DNA of 64,000 bases, taken from contig OX597820.1 of assembly GCA_951406725.2 (NCBI GenBank), positions 126,170,001-126,234,000 of the forward strand. The letters are read 5' to 3'. The DNA comes from Octopus vulgaris (taxonomy: Eukaryota). Under the pieces are notes generated by a model, which worked only from the letters and a program-made list of their open reading frames with translations, was not told the DNA's origin and did no database searches. The position numbers and the translations under genes are program-made. How positions within the stretch are numbered: position 1 is the stretch's first letter; each line of letters begins with the position of its first letter. Positions 28,680-43,476 of the stretch are shown here, one piece after another.

Positions 28680-31260
28680 TGTATACTGGGTTGAACATTG
28701 ACAAGCCTTCCTCGTTTCATCACCATCGTAGCACATTTTGTCCAAACTCCATCCTAATATCATTGGAGAAAATCTGCACAAACAGGACTAGGCTGTCCAG
28801 TTCTGCCACAGTTTTTGTGAATAGCTTTAGGTCTTCCATGAATAGCAATTGGTTCAGTTTTCCTTTGCCTCTTCCCAGATCATACCCCAACTTTGTTTTC
28901 TGTAGTATTTCACTCAAGGGCATCATTACCAGCACGAAGATCAGTGGGGGGACATGCTACCTCTTGAGGATTCCTCTCTTGATTTTCACCTCTCCTAATA
29001 CTTGATTCCCTGCTGTCAATTCCGTTCGCCACCACTTCATGCTACTCTATGTAAAGCCTCTCATATCTTCTGCTACGCCACACATTTCCATTGTTCTTAT
29101 TATCCAGGAGTGTGATATCATGTCACATGCTTTACGATAGTCAGCCTATGCCGTACTCAGGTTTGTGTGTCTTCTCTCGCAGTTTCTGATAATTAGATTA
29201 TCAATTAACAGCTGATCCTTCGTTCTCTGGCCTCTCTTTAGGCAGCCCATTTTTTTCCAACTATCTTTACAGTTCGCCTGCCAAAGCACCTGACATGTTA
29301 GCGGAAGGCACATTATTGGTCTAAACTTGGATGCAACATTTCCCTTTTCTTTGGCACATAACCAATGTCTTTCCTTTTCTCACCCAGCAGGGGACTACTG
29401 CGCCTTCCTGCAAGCATTCATCTAACTGTTGCACTATCCTTTCATGGAGACCTTTCAACTTCTTCATCCAATAACCTCCAATCCCATCCTGTCCTGGGTT
29501 CTTCCTAGTTGGGAAATTTTGTTATTGCTTTCTTTTTATCATTTCTGTATAAATTTTCATGTCTTCTTGACCTTCTGAATTTCTTAACCTATCTTGGATG
29601 TCATGCTGTCTCTCTGCTTCATCATTATGCTCTACAAGTTCGTCCCAGAGATCCCTCTCCAGAATGCCCTGCTCTCCTCCGCATCTGGTAGCATTATTAC
29701 ATGTAATTGTCCATCTAGTTCCTGAATTTGTTCCTTCTTATTTGTTTCAAACAATCTGTTTTGCCTGAATTGTTTTGTTTTATTGTCTTTCCAGTTTTGC
29801 TTTGATTACTTCTACTCTTTGTTTCAATTCTTCTCATATTACATCATACCCATTATCTTTTATTTTCTATGTTCTTTCCAGTTTTATTCTTATGCGTTCG
29901 TTCTGCAATTCCCTTCTTCTCAATCTATCATCTTGTCCTAAATGTCATTTTAACTTTGTTTCTCACAAATTCGTTCTTTACGTTCTGTTTCTTTTCTTCT
30001 TTTCTATTCAACTCTATCTGCAGCAACTATAACTGCAGCCCAAATAATCTTGTCAGTTTCAGTTATATTTCTCGTCTGGAACAACCCAAGAAGCAAATCT
30101 ATCGTTTCGGTTTCAACATTGAGCTTACGTCGATCAATTTACTTTAGATCGGGGATTGCTTGAACCTGGTCTTCTCTAATATATCGGTACAGCATCCTCA
30201 CTATATCTTGATGGTCATCATTGTATGTTTGTGATATAGCTCTTCTTATTACTTGTTTCATTTGCTGAGAATTTACAATTTGCGCAACGTCTTCACTGCC
30301 GCCATTCATTTCTCTGCTCTCGCTGCGCACATTATCTGTTGGTGAAGTATTAATTCTATTTTCTACTTTCCTTTTTGTCTCTTCAGTTCCCATGTCTGTT
30401 TGCCAGCCTTTTGCTCTTATTGCTCTTGCCTGGTTGGCTGACCGTTGCTCACTTATTTCGAAGAGTCCTTTTCCATTCCATTCTGCTTCCATGCGTTGTC
30501 GGAATCCCCTCCAACTGGATTCACGCCTGATACAGCATTCAATTACCGTTCGGTTCGCCTCCTTATCCCACCTTCTTCTCAGTCTCTGGCTTTGTGTACA
30601 AGCAGTCTCTGGATGATAACCAGGTTTGTGCTGCTCAACCATAGGGCAAAAAGCTTTCATCTTTGGTTCCAGCCTCATTAATACCATTATTTGATATATT
30701 TGTATTAGACATTTTCACTCAACAATGAGGTTTGTATTTTAAAGTTAGCCACCAACCAGTATTTTTATCGAGACACAATCTCTAGTAAGATTGTGAAGCA
30801 AGACTATAGAGTTCTTACTATCCATAAGTTGGGATTGTTTCCTTCGCCTTTCTGTTTGTTGGGGACCATGATCATGATTCTCACTAGGAGACAGGTGAGC
30901 GTCAGCTGGTCCCGTACCTTCATCCAAATATTACTCCGGAGTTAAGTTTCAATTCACAGTTCTTTCGCCTTCATTCCACATATAGAGCAGTTGAACACTG
31001 ACAATTTGTCATCACTGCGACCGAGGAGTCCTATCTACCCCATTTCAAAATCAAAGTGTTCTTTCTCCTAGACAGACTGCCAACCAAAGCCACGAGTTCT
31101 GGCTTTTCAAAATGGCCATTGATTTTTCTTAGTTCCTCTGCCCTTTACCAGGTTTTGTTTTTAATCTCGCAGGATGTCGAAAATCCACCCTCCTCCTCAC
31201 TAAGCAAGTTCAGTGGAGTTGCCGGTTTAGTCGCCGACGACTCGACGGTTTCATAAAGCC
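28680..31260 (-). mobile_element. Degenerate R4/Dong-clade LINE, 5' portion (UTR, N-terminal domain, RT)
   Basis: RRRWDKEANRTVIECC...GFRQRM...W..KGLFEISEQRSANQARAIRAKGW (R4/Dong N-terminal motif); LNQLLFMEDLKLF...IFSNDIRMEFG (RT, FMDDLKL-like). Confidence 0.82.
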
Positions 31261-32262
31261 ACTTGTTAATCATTCTGGGTTATTTATTACTCGGTTATAA
31301 TTCCACTATTACTACTATAATCCCTACTTTATTATTTACTTCTTCACTACTATAGTTTCACTATTATTACTAGACTTATATTATTATTATAAGGTACAGA
31401 GGTCATGATATTGTCTCTCCCGATTTCTTTAAACACAAAATGATGGCAGATTTACGGTTGTTGGTTTAACTACTGATATTACTGCAGCGCTACTAATACA
31501 GGCTGTTTGAATGGACTGGTAGTTGATAGGCCTGGTGGTGGATTGGGAGCGGATGAGAGGGGGTTTTTTTGAGAGGAGCGTCGATAAGATGGACATAGCA
31601 TAGCTAAGACATAGAAACAACTTCTCAAAGTTTTAACAAAGCTATAGAAATATATCTATAAAACAATACACCGTATTTACGATAAAGGAATTTATCTATG
31701 GAACATCACATCGTAGTTAAGATAGAAAAATCTATAAACATCTCAAAGTATTAGGAAACATGTAAGCAATTCTGTAAAAACATCTCAAATCTTCGAATCA
31801 CACACAGTAATATTTCAAAGTTTGAAGTAATAGATAAGGCGTACACATTTTTTCGGGCGCCTTTAAATAGCTATCCAACCGTCGTGACTGCTTACGGCAG
31901 CACTGAAGACCGAATGGAAGAGGAGGGAGTGACATAGAGGTGGGGGCGAAGAGGAAGCCGGTAAACACGCCGAAATTCCAGCGTGGGGACAAATTTATGT
32001 ATAGAAATCTCGATGTTTGAGACGAGCGTCGAAATCTATGAACAGCAGCCCGAAGTTTTTTCAAAACTATAATAATCTGCACATCCTATTTATGATAAAG
32101 GAATCTATCTATGGAACATCACATCGTAGTTAAGATATAAAAATCTATAAACATCTCAGAGTTTGAGCAAATATATAGACAATTCTCCAAAAACATCTCA
32201 AATATTTGAATCGCACACAGTTAACCGCTCAAAGAAGGACTGGGCAACAACACCCGCTAAAA

Positions 32263-32850
32263 GGAGGACTGGGCATGCCGTCGTTGATGATGCGCAGACA
32301 CGCGCTGAGACTGTGACATCTCCGGCTCTACGTAGACAGCGATGAACAGGTGTGGTTGCCGTTTGTGAGGCACGCTTTTCCGTAGCTCGTCTCCATGACC
32401 GAACTGCAGTCGTGGATCAAAAAGAGGTCGAGGATGGGCGATGGTCACCGCGAGTGTCGCGTTGCTCTCAAGCAACTCTGCTGTCCCGGGTCGACTTTGA
32501 GCGACCTCAACACAACCAAAGCATTCTATGGCGGATTAGTGGAGGGGATGTACGACGACGAGCTCGGGGCGAACATGGGCGTCGACGAGGAAAACCTGAC
32601 CCGCCTGTTCAGGACGACTTTCGGGCCAGGACCTATGGACAACTTCCAGAAATCCCTGGCCTGGCAGTGCTACCGAGAAGCGCTACCCGTTCGAGATAAG
32701 CTCTACGGACACGGCTCGAAAAACACGGGGCCGACCTGCCCGAGATACGGTCAGAGCGACGAAACCGTTCTGCACGCACTCGTGCAGTGTCCAACCATTT
32801 CCAACCTGTGGGTTTATGTCGAACGACTGCTGTCACGTGTGGGACGAGTT
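32263..32850 (+). mobile_element. Internal fragment of Tx1-group ORF2 (family B-like)
   Basis: ORF 32395-32949 aligns to the ORF2 C-terminus (GPGPMDNFQKSLAWQCYREALPVR); truncated at both ends, abuts (TAA)n. Confidence 0.9.
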
Positions 32851-32900
32851 ATTAATAATAATGATGATACTAATAACAATAATAATAATAATAATAATAA

Positions 32901-33449
32901 ATGTCCTGATGCAGTACCAGGTGGTGGCTCTCATGCTGATCTTAATTGATTGGAAGTGTTATCATGTACATTGTTTTGTCTTGGTATAAAAGATGGGCTA
33001 CAGCAAATATTCTGCTCAATACCACAGATTTGCTTGTCAGTTGTTTGACCTTAACCACTTGAGTATGTCCCTTGGTGGCTGACGATATGTGCATCTCTGA
33101 TCACGAGCAGAAGTAGTGGGGGAGCATCATAGCCATGTGTTGAGAGGGATTCTTTGGGGTTTGAATAGTTCACCTCTGGAAACATGGGTGGTTCTTTCAA
33201 CATCCTTAAACAACCCTTATTCAGAGACCTTTGAGCGGGATGGGCTACTCAACCTGCAGAAAATTCTAACTGGGCCCCACCTGCAAGGTCATGTGCTGTT
33301 TAAATTGATATGAGATCACCATGCCGCGCACATATGGTTGTGATGCAGTGCCAGGTGTACCCTTATCAGACGGGTAGTCATGATGGGTATACTGGGCTTC
33401 AAATATTTTACCCAGTGTCACTTTGATGGCTTGCACTGCTCTCTCACTC
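32901..33449. mobile_element. ~550-bp non-coding interspersed element in (TAA)n, copy 1
   Basis: Highly similar to 33559-34114; TAA repeats on both sides; no TIRs seen. Confidence 0.8.
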
Positions 33450-33452
33450 AAT

Positions 33453-34114
<662 letters not shown>

Positions 34115-34121
34115 AATAATG

Positions 34122-34273
<152 letters not shown>

Positions 34274-34589
34274 TATAATAATAATAATTATAACATTCGA
34301 GCGAAAGTGGGCATAAAATTGTCTAGGAACGAAAAATAAAAGATACAGAATTCTAGAATGCAAGCGTATACAGATAGTAGGACCGAACTACCAACTAAGA
34401 ATATGTTAGTAAGTATTACTAAAGTAACCATACTAGATGTAATTAATGTAAATTATAAAACTTTAATGTAATAAATTATAAAATTAATTAAATATGAAAT
34501 AAGAAAACTAAAGATATAAAGAAAATGTGAAATATCCCACCAAGAAGCAGACACTGAAGGTTTCATCTTAAAAAATAAAGAAACATAAG

Positions 34590-35270
34590 TAAAAGACAAT
34601 TAATATTACATTATAAGAAAGAAAGGCGCCCCATCTTTACAGAAAGTTGTTTGCCATAATAAGAATAAGAGAGAAAAAGAGAGAGATGAAGAATCTGCAC
34701 TCACTGTATTTATCAGATGATGCAGACGAGGAATTCTGTAATTTGAAGTTTATTTAAGTTAGTTACTGTAAATTTCCAAAAATATATATCAGAAAATAAC
34801 TACTAAATTATATAAATAGGTAAGAAAACAAAAAAACTTTAGCATTTATTATCTATTTTCAAGAAGACTGACAATGACAACGAAAGACGTTGGAGAAGTC
34901 GATAAAAAAACAAACGAATCCTTACAAAACAAAAGCGTAAGTTTTAAAGACCCACTTGAAAATGTTATGATAAACAAAGATGACTGAAAAATTGCTTCAC
35001 TTTGTCGATAATAGATGAGAGATGAGAGAATTAGCATAGAACAACCGTCAAGCCATTGACTCACAGAAAACTCATAATTAAAAGCAGACACCGAAAGCTT
35101 CTTGATGGCAGCGAAAGATTAGTGTTTACCTAGGAAAAATAACGAGAAAATATATCTAGGTGACTTTAAAATATGAGCGAGCCATAAAGAAAGCATAGGA
35201 AATGAAGACACTGGATGTAAATTCTTCGTATTGTCTGAGTGTACTCACGATACATTTATGTGGACGCTAG
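34590..35270 (+). mobile_element. Highly degenerate R4/Dong LINE fragment
   Basis: LKADTESFLMAAKD*CLPRKN resembles the LKxETEgfIiAAQDQxL motif upstream of the zinc knuckle. Confidence 0.55.
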
Positions 35271-35462
35271 AAATAACAGCCAAATCTTCTTCAAGCCGCA
35301 GTTTTTCTTACTTGTTTTGACTTCATGACATATAGAGATTAAATATAAAATTGCTGGCACAGTTCACACAGAATTATGTTTTCTGTTAATATCTAGTTAC
35401 TTATTTATTTATCTATTAATTTCAGGAGAACCGAAATAAATTCAAATATTACAAAGCCTCAA

Positions 35463-35660
35463 GGTGGTGATCTGGCAGAACCGCTAGAACACCAGACGAA
35501 ATGCTTAGCAGCATTTCGTCCGTCTTTACTTTCCGAGTTCAAATTCCGCCGAGGTTAACTTTGCCTTTCAGTATATATCGCAGCGGGTTGATAAAATAAG
35601 TAATCGATTTACCCACCCCACAGAAAATGTTGACCTTGTAGCAAAATGGGAAACCAATAT
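35463..35660 (+). mobile_element. CORE-type SINE
   Basis: GGTGATCTGGCAGAACCGCTAG...GAGTTCAAATTCCGCCGAGG, as in the 57948 copy. Confidence 0.75.
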
Positions 35661-36399
35661 TATACAGCCTCACTGGAGGTGAAATAAGAATTTCTACACA
35701 TTCTTTCTATTGTATTCATATGCAGTAAAAAGAAAAGAAGAGGGTGTCTACTGATGGACCGTTCCATAGTTTGTTGATTGCTTCTCAGAGAAGACATATC
35801 CCTTCCTTTTCCAACCAATAGGATAAACAAGATGCTATATAAATCAGTCATAAAGCGGTGTGGCTGATAGCTTAATTCGCAAATTTGTGCTTTTGACCGC
35901 TCGTTTTTAGTTAAACAATGTCTATTTTATACACAACATAGCGTAAATTAAAATAATTAAAATACAAATAAATATTGCAAAGCCTCAATTGGTGAATTAA
36001 GGCTGTAAATACATTCTTTTTATGCTTTTGAAATACAGTGGGGGGAAAGTCTCTTGACGGAACATTCGCTTTTTTGTTGACTGCTCCTCAGAGAAGGCGT
36101 ACACGGCTTCCTTCTGTAACCAGTAACATTGATTAATTACTATATAAATTAGTAATAAATTAGTTTAGAACATTAATGTACTGCTTAATGTGCTTTTGAC
36201 AGCCCGTCCTTAATTAGATAATCCCTGTTTTATACCTGATAAAGCGCAAATCAAATTATTGAAATATACTTGAATCTTACAAAGTTTCGCTGTTATTGAA
36301 ATGAGAATGTGAACACATTCTTTATAGTTTATTTTACAAATAAAGAAAACTTTTGTTTTAGAAAGCGTCATTGTGGGTGAAACACAAGCATCAGACGGT

Positions 36400-36900
36400 A
36401 ATACAGAATTGGAGTGGTATCAGGTCCATGGCTGAAGCTGCATCAGGCAGTAACACAAAATTAAGATGGCTTCACGTTGTAAATAAACCCCTGAAATATA
36501 TCAGGCAGCAATACTCCTCTGAAGCGACCTTTGACAGTGAGGCATGATACACACTGGAAGCGATGAACACATTAACCACTGCATCTAATACGTCCGGGCT
36601 TTTTTCTCTCAAAGAATATTTGCTCAGTTCACTGTTGATTGTGACTGACCATCATGGCCACCATGTCTCAATTCCTATCAATTCAATCTGCCCTAAACCA
36701 AACACAGACATCTTAATTACATTTCAGTAACAAACACTAATTAAATTTTTAGTACTCTTGCTATCACCTCTTATTCATCCAAAATATAAATCAGTTCCGC
36801 TAAGTCAAATAAACTCGGACAACCGTAAAATCCGCTATATATAAACCTTTGAATTCGAACCAATTACAGTTGAGAATAGCTGAAAATTACTGGTTGTCAA
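36400..36900 (-). mobile_element. Ancient Tx1/L1-like RT fragment
   Basis: Minus-strand pieces VWFRAD*IDRN* and AVVNVFIASSVYH resemble ORF2 GVWFSPDLQMDKNW and AEVANAYIASVIDY, in the right order. Confidence 0.4.
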
Positions 36901-37557
36901 CCGAATCAAGCGTATCAATTGGCCTAAAATAATCAGAGTTCCAACAAAGCATATGCAACGGACAGAGACTGTCTTGGCCACAATTTCCCGAAGTCCGTAA
37001 AGGTTTATACATCACTGACGGCAGCAACACGTAGAAACGTCAACCTTTTAACTGACACCAAGTCAGAATCTTTAATTCTACATCAGCAAAGCTATCGACT
37101 GAAATCATCGAGCTACCCTTCGTCTCCTTAGCCGCCTCTCTTCTCAAAAACTATCGTTCATGAACTTTCTGCAGCCAACTGAAATAAACATAACTAAAAT
37201 TTGCCTAAATAGATGTCGGAGGGCATGGTATATCGTATCGGTGTTATATAGAAATTTACATTTTTGTTGTTGTTACTGCTGTTGTCGCCATATAAATTGC
37301 CGCCTCAGAGATATATCTTGTGTTCCTCTCAGAGGAAATTTGCACGCAGTCTAAAAACAAAACAAACGAAATCACGAAACTCCAATTTACGTTGTTTAAT
37401 TACAATATATTAACTTACGGCGCTTTAAATGGACACCCTTTCAGCTCGGAAGTTGATTAAATGGATATAATTAAAATTACAAATAAATTCTCGGTATCAG
37501 TAATAGCAGAAGCTAGTGAGTCAAAATTCTAAAATAACTAAATCCGATCTCTGAAGG

Positions 37558-37975
<418 letters not shown>

Positions 37976-38019
37976 ACGGCCTTTAGGAGCTATGAAATTA
38001 CATCATGGTGGTTGATAAA

Positions 38020-38275
38020 ATTCATCACGCGAATGGAAAGTAAAGAAGCAGAAAAGTTGACAAATTTGAATGAGGTGAAGTATAAAATCATTAAGATGTG
38101 GAATACGAAGAACGTAGCTATCATACAAATATTCATAGGGGCGTTAAGGACAGTAAGGGACAGCATTGCAACACGGATAGAAAAGGTCAGAACAGAGTGT
38201 GATAAATAGTTATGGCCAAGATTTACAGCTGTTGTTCTTTGGGAACAGCAAAAGATAACAAACGGTACTCGTTGG
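38020..38275 (+). mobile_element. R4/Dong restriction-like endonuclease C-terminal fragment
   Basis: RMESKEAEKLTNLNEVKYKIIKMWNTKNVAIIQIFIGALRTV resembles the KExEKxxKY...W...IPIVIGALG motif. Confidence 0.65.
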
Positions 38276-38487
38276 CGAGATTGACTAAGAGGAATGGTAT
38301 TGGCAAAGAGGAGCCTGCTTTATACCAAATGCTACGAAAGAATGAAAGGCAAAGTTGATCTTGGTGGCATTTGAACTCAGAACGGAAAGATGGATGAAAT
38401 GTCGATAAGCATTTTATCCGGCGTGTTATCGATTCTGCCAGCTCGCCACCTTAACAATAACAGCAACAACAACACTACTACTACTAC

Positions 38488-38553
<66 letters not shown>

Positions 38554-38555
<2 letters not shown>

Positions 38556-38812
38556 GGCAGAAATTCAAAAGATAGTGCTCATGGGAACTGCTCATATCCT
38601 ACGCAAAATACTCTCTATGTAATCCCAAGATTTAAAACAAACTTTTTTTTTTTATTTATTTATTAGACATTCACTAGTACAACACCAAAAAAAACAAATG
38701 TATGGCACACTAGGCATAACAACAACGTGAACTTCCAACCTGTTGTCTCTTGAGGTCTCTGGGTGAGACTTGGTGCCAACTTGAATAAACATAAAACAAA
38801 AGTCAAACATAG
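38554..38812 (+). mobile_element. 5'-truncated R4/Dong LINE 3' end inserted in (TAA)n
   Basis: AEIQKIVLMGTAHILRKILSM* (typical R4 C-terminus), then a 3' UTR with AATAAA; TAA repeats on both sides. Confidence 0.8.
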
Positions 38813-39435
38813 AATAATAATAATACAGCACCAGCCTTGACAGCGGCTGGACGTGTTCTTCGCTGTTCTAACCAGTCAGCAGCTGAAGACACCGAAACAC
38901 TAATAGAACCCAGCAGGACAACTGAAAAATAACTCTCAAAGACTGGAATATCAACAATTTCCTTTGAGTGTTTCAAATTTCCCTGAAAATGAGTTAAGAA
39001 ACTTACATATATTTAGGTTTCGAAAACACAGGCGATCAGCTTTAAAAACTTTAATATTTACAACTTCTGTAAATACCTATCCTTCCCTTTCTCCCTGAGT
39101 ATTCGAAAATGTAAACATCCTTTTTATTCTAAGAACACTACAGTTTTCTCTGTTTGGACATACAAAAGATCATCTTTAGTAAATTTTAAAAGAGTTTAAT
39201 ATGAGTCATTGCTTATAAACTCTATATTTGGAAGGACTCATATTAAACTCTGTTAGACGTTTGCATTTTACTCAAAGGATATTGGAATATTGCATGTATA
39301 CCATTATGCCTATAAAGCGGATTTACAAATTCAATACCCATACATATCTTACATCTATTTTCTTTCTTCCACTTCACTCTCTATTTTGCATCACATCGAA
39401 ACTAACTATGACTAAATTTTTCCTCTCACATCGTA

Positions 39436-39485
39436 TCCGATGAAAGGATATTATTAATTAATATCCTAGAAACAGCTGTAAGACC
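39436..39485 (+). ncRNA. Minimal hammerhead-like motif (Penelope pLTR type)
   Basis: CCGATGA-A-AGGATATT(attaatt)AATATCCT-A-GAAAC-AGCT-GTA; palindromic stem III (ACAGCTGT). Confidence 0.5.
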
Positions 39486-39550
39486 TTCTATCTATAAATG
39501 GTCTAATATTTATACAGCCTTGGTTTTTTTATCTTATTAGGCAACAAATT

Positions 39551-39686
<136 letters not shown>

Positions 39687-39778
39687 TATATAAGCAGACA
39701 GACTGACAAAGAAGTAGGCAGTCATACAAACACACAGATAGATAGATAGATAGATACATACATACATACATACATACA

Positions 39779-39812
<34 letters not shown>

Positions 39813-39825
39813 CATACATACATAG

Positions 39826-39874
<49 letters not shown>

Positions 39875-39876
<2 letters not shown>

Positions 39877-40190
39877 TGACAGAATACGATTCACATCACC
39901 CTTAAATGGAGACAAGTACTTAGAAGACGACATACTCTGCCTACGATAATTATCAAAGAAGCTGAAAAGTGGAGAGCAATCACAATTATGGACAAAATCC
40001 ATTGCAGAGACATGGTTCGGAACGACTTAATGGGCAATAGATACTTCTACAAAAAGCTAAATAAAAAAAGAAGATAAAAAGAACATTATTAAAATAAACT
40101 GATTCATCTCAAATTACCGAAGTAGCCTGACAGGGTTTGAGGTCAATTATTTAACCATCTTCGAAGTAAAGACCAGTAACTTCTATGGAC
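39875..40190 (+). mobile_element. Penelope-like RT fragment
   Basis: [16 protein letters not shown] resembles the PLE IIKPADKGGAVVIMD motif. Confidence 0.6.
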
Positions 40191-40254
40191 TATGTCAAAT
40201 CAATAAATCGTGCATGCATATAGTGTGTGTGTGTGTGTGTGTGCACGCGCGCGT

Positions 40255-40510
40255 AATTACCATTAGACTGATGCAGCTCTTTCCGAATCCTCTGCACTGT
40301 CCACAGACTGACACCCAAACACTCTGAAATGTTTGTATTGGAGCTTCCGGCACGAATGCCAAGCAGTACAGCATGTCGTTTCCAAATTTCTGGCAGAGAG
40401 AATTGCGTCACGGCACTGTTATACTCATAGACGGTGCCCAACGAAACCTACCATACTGTGTAATCGACAAAATCAAAAACAAAATTTGTGCCTGCGCGAA
40501 ATTGAAATTA
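40255..40510 (-). mobile_element. Tc1/mariner transposase N-terminal fragment
   Basis: KRHAVLLGIRAGSSNTNISECLGVSLWTVQRIRKEL, an HTH domain. Confidence 0.6.
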
Positions 40511-40594
40511 TAAAATGGCGACAATTTACCCATCGCGGCCTGTATGCGTGTATACATACACACACACACACATACACACACACATACACACACA

Positions 40595-40632
<38 letters not shown>

Positions 40633-40774
40633 GGCACACATACCACAGAATTCTATCACCTTCCTTCTGCCTAAACCATTCACAAAGCTTCGGTCGGCCC
40701 GATGGTATTTGGCAATTGAAGCCGGAAGCATGTGGCTGGAAAGCAAACTTCCTATCACACAGTTACTCACACAC

Positions 40775-40839
<65 letters not shown>

Positions 40840-41150
40840 GTTAATCCAAACAAGAAAGCACAAAAAACACAACAACGCGAGGACGTGGAACAAATATAGT
40901 ATTATTGGACGCTCAGGAAAGAAGTAAAGAAGGAGGGTTTAACGTTTCGAGCGGAGCTCTTCGTCGGAAACATAGGAGAAGGAAAGATCCAGAGAAGGGA
41001 AGACAGTGGAAAAAAAATCGCCAACGGTACACACACGGTCACATTTTGAATGACCGGAAGGAAATGGGTGAAGAAAAGTTCTTTCAAAGACAGGAGAGTG
41101 CATATATATATATATACACACACATACACACATATATATATATATGTGTG

Positions 41151-41236
<86 letters not shown>

Positions 41237-41815
41237 CATATATCTATGTGTGCGTGTGTGTGTACCACATCCTCTCGTTGTTGTTTTTTGTGTTTGTTGT
41301 TTTTCTTTGGGATTTGCTACACACCGCACGCTGCCACGAACCCCGGCCTTCTGAGTGACTTTGGTGTACCTAATTCGCGGAATTACTTCTACCATCTGAT
41401 TACATTACCTTGTTCATTCGGAATACGCCATTTCTGCACCTTGATTGCGAATCATTATTTGTCCGGGACTCTTCCTCTTTGACTCGTCTTCCCTCAACCT
41501 ATCTTCTGTTCTAACTTCCACTCTCCTTGTCTTTTCTCTTTCTCTTTTCCTTTTTGACACTCTCTTGTCTTAGAAAGAACTTTTTCTTCACCCATTCCCT
41601 TCCGGTCCTTCCAAAATGTAACTGCATGTGAATCGTTGGCGATATTCTTCCTCCGTCTTCCTTTCTATTGGAATTTCCTGTTTGCGAAGAAAAGCATTGA
41701 TCGAAACGTAAGACCACCTTCCTCGCCGTCCCTCAGCGTCTGCTAATACTTTACATGCACCACGTCCTCGCGTTGTCGGCTTTTTTGTGGTTTTTGTTCT
41801 TTGAGGGGATTTACG
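40840..41815. mobile_element. Cluster of Penelope pLTR-like fragments in opposite orientations separated by (TA)n
   Basis: Shared motif CAACGCGAGGACGTG at ~40873 (+) and its reverse complement at ~41761 and ~41265; hammerhead-like motif at 40938-40970 (-) and a decayed one at ~41680-41715 (+). Confidence 0.55.
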
Positions 41816-41954
41816 ATATATATATATACACATACACACACACACACACACATACATACATACATACATGCATACATACATACATACATACATACATACA
41901 TACATACATACATGCATGCATACATACATACATGCATACATACATATGCATAAG

Positions 41955-42010
<56 letters not shown>

Positions 42011-42013
42011 TGT

Positions 42014-42049
<36 letters not shown>

Positions 42050-43201
42050 ATATATATATATAACCAAACTTACTTTTCTTTTTGTTTTTTATTAGAATCA
42101 TCGAATGTTTTGTACGATACAAACAAGAAGGTAATATTTTTTTCGAACGCACCATTGGCGTTAGAACAGCAGAAATAATTTGTAAATTATCTATAAAAGG
42201 CGGAAAAAGTTGTCGATAAACAGGCAGGGGAGTCGAACTCAGATCCTCCCATGTTGAAGGACTTGGATTCGATTATATCTGCTGATCTGCTCTCCTAACG
42301 GTAAAGCTGCGCCTAATAAATGTTCATATTTCTATTTCGTGCATAAATTTTATGATGACCTCTATGGCCTTCTGCTAGTATGTTAAATATTTCTCTTATA
42401 TCTTCGATGTCGTTCCATAGTTAAGCTTGTCGAATGTGAAACACTAACACTTGATTGTTAAATATGTCAATTATATTTACTATTTCGCTTCCATAGCAAA
42501 GGATATTTTTTATTATATCAAATATTTCAAATTTGTCTTCTATTTCGTTCCATAGTTAAGCTGGCTGATAGCATAACACTCAGGCTTGTTTCATTGTTTC
42601 AACAGTAAATATTGTGATGATGTTCCAGATTTCGTTCCATAATTAAACTTAACACGAAAAAGCGTAACGCTCGCACGCATACTAATATTATATATAATAT
42701 AAATTTCACACGGAAACATAGGCGCAGAAAATCTAATAGATATAAAGCCAATAAAGTTACACATTGTAGAGGAAACATTAACAAGTGTCGAAAAAAATAA
42801 TAATAGGCATCCACAGTCTACACAACGTTACAAATCGGATGGAAAATGAGAAATAAGCAACGAAGCAATATAACTAATTATGTAAGTTTCTAACATTGAA
42901 GGAAATATAAAAAAAAAATCGGCGTCTGAAGAATGGCAGAGAAATATTACAGAGGAAAGAAAATGGAGCTATAAATGAAAAATAACAGAAAATAAATAAA
43001 TAACTTTTTCATGGCTGATTATCAAAAAATAACTAGAATTTTCCTTTCATGATAGACGACAATATATGGTCGTGCTATATATATAATCATACACACACAC
43101 ACATACCGATACACACACACACACACATATATATATATAGGCAGATACATTTACAAACATATATACATATGTGTGTATATGTGAAGGAAGGGCTCAAAAG
43201 A

Positions 43202-43245
<44 letters not shown>

Positions 43246-43441
43246 GACAGACTGTCAGACAGACAGACAGATAGATAGATAGGTATATATAAATACATAT
43301 ACACACATATGTGTGTCTGTGTGCGTGTGTGTGTCTATGCCTCTGTCTGTGTTTCTGTGTGTATCTATGTGTGTGTGTATCTATGTGTGTGTGTATCTAT
43401 GTGTGTGTGTATCTATGTGTGTGTGTATCTATGTGTGTGTG

Positions 43442-43476
<35 letters not shown>

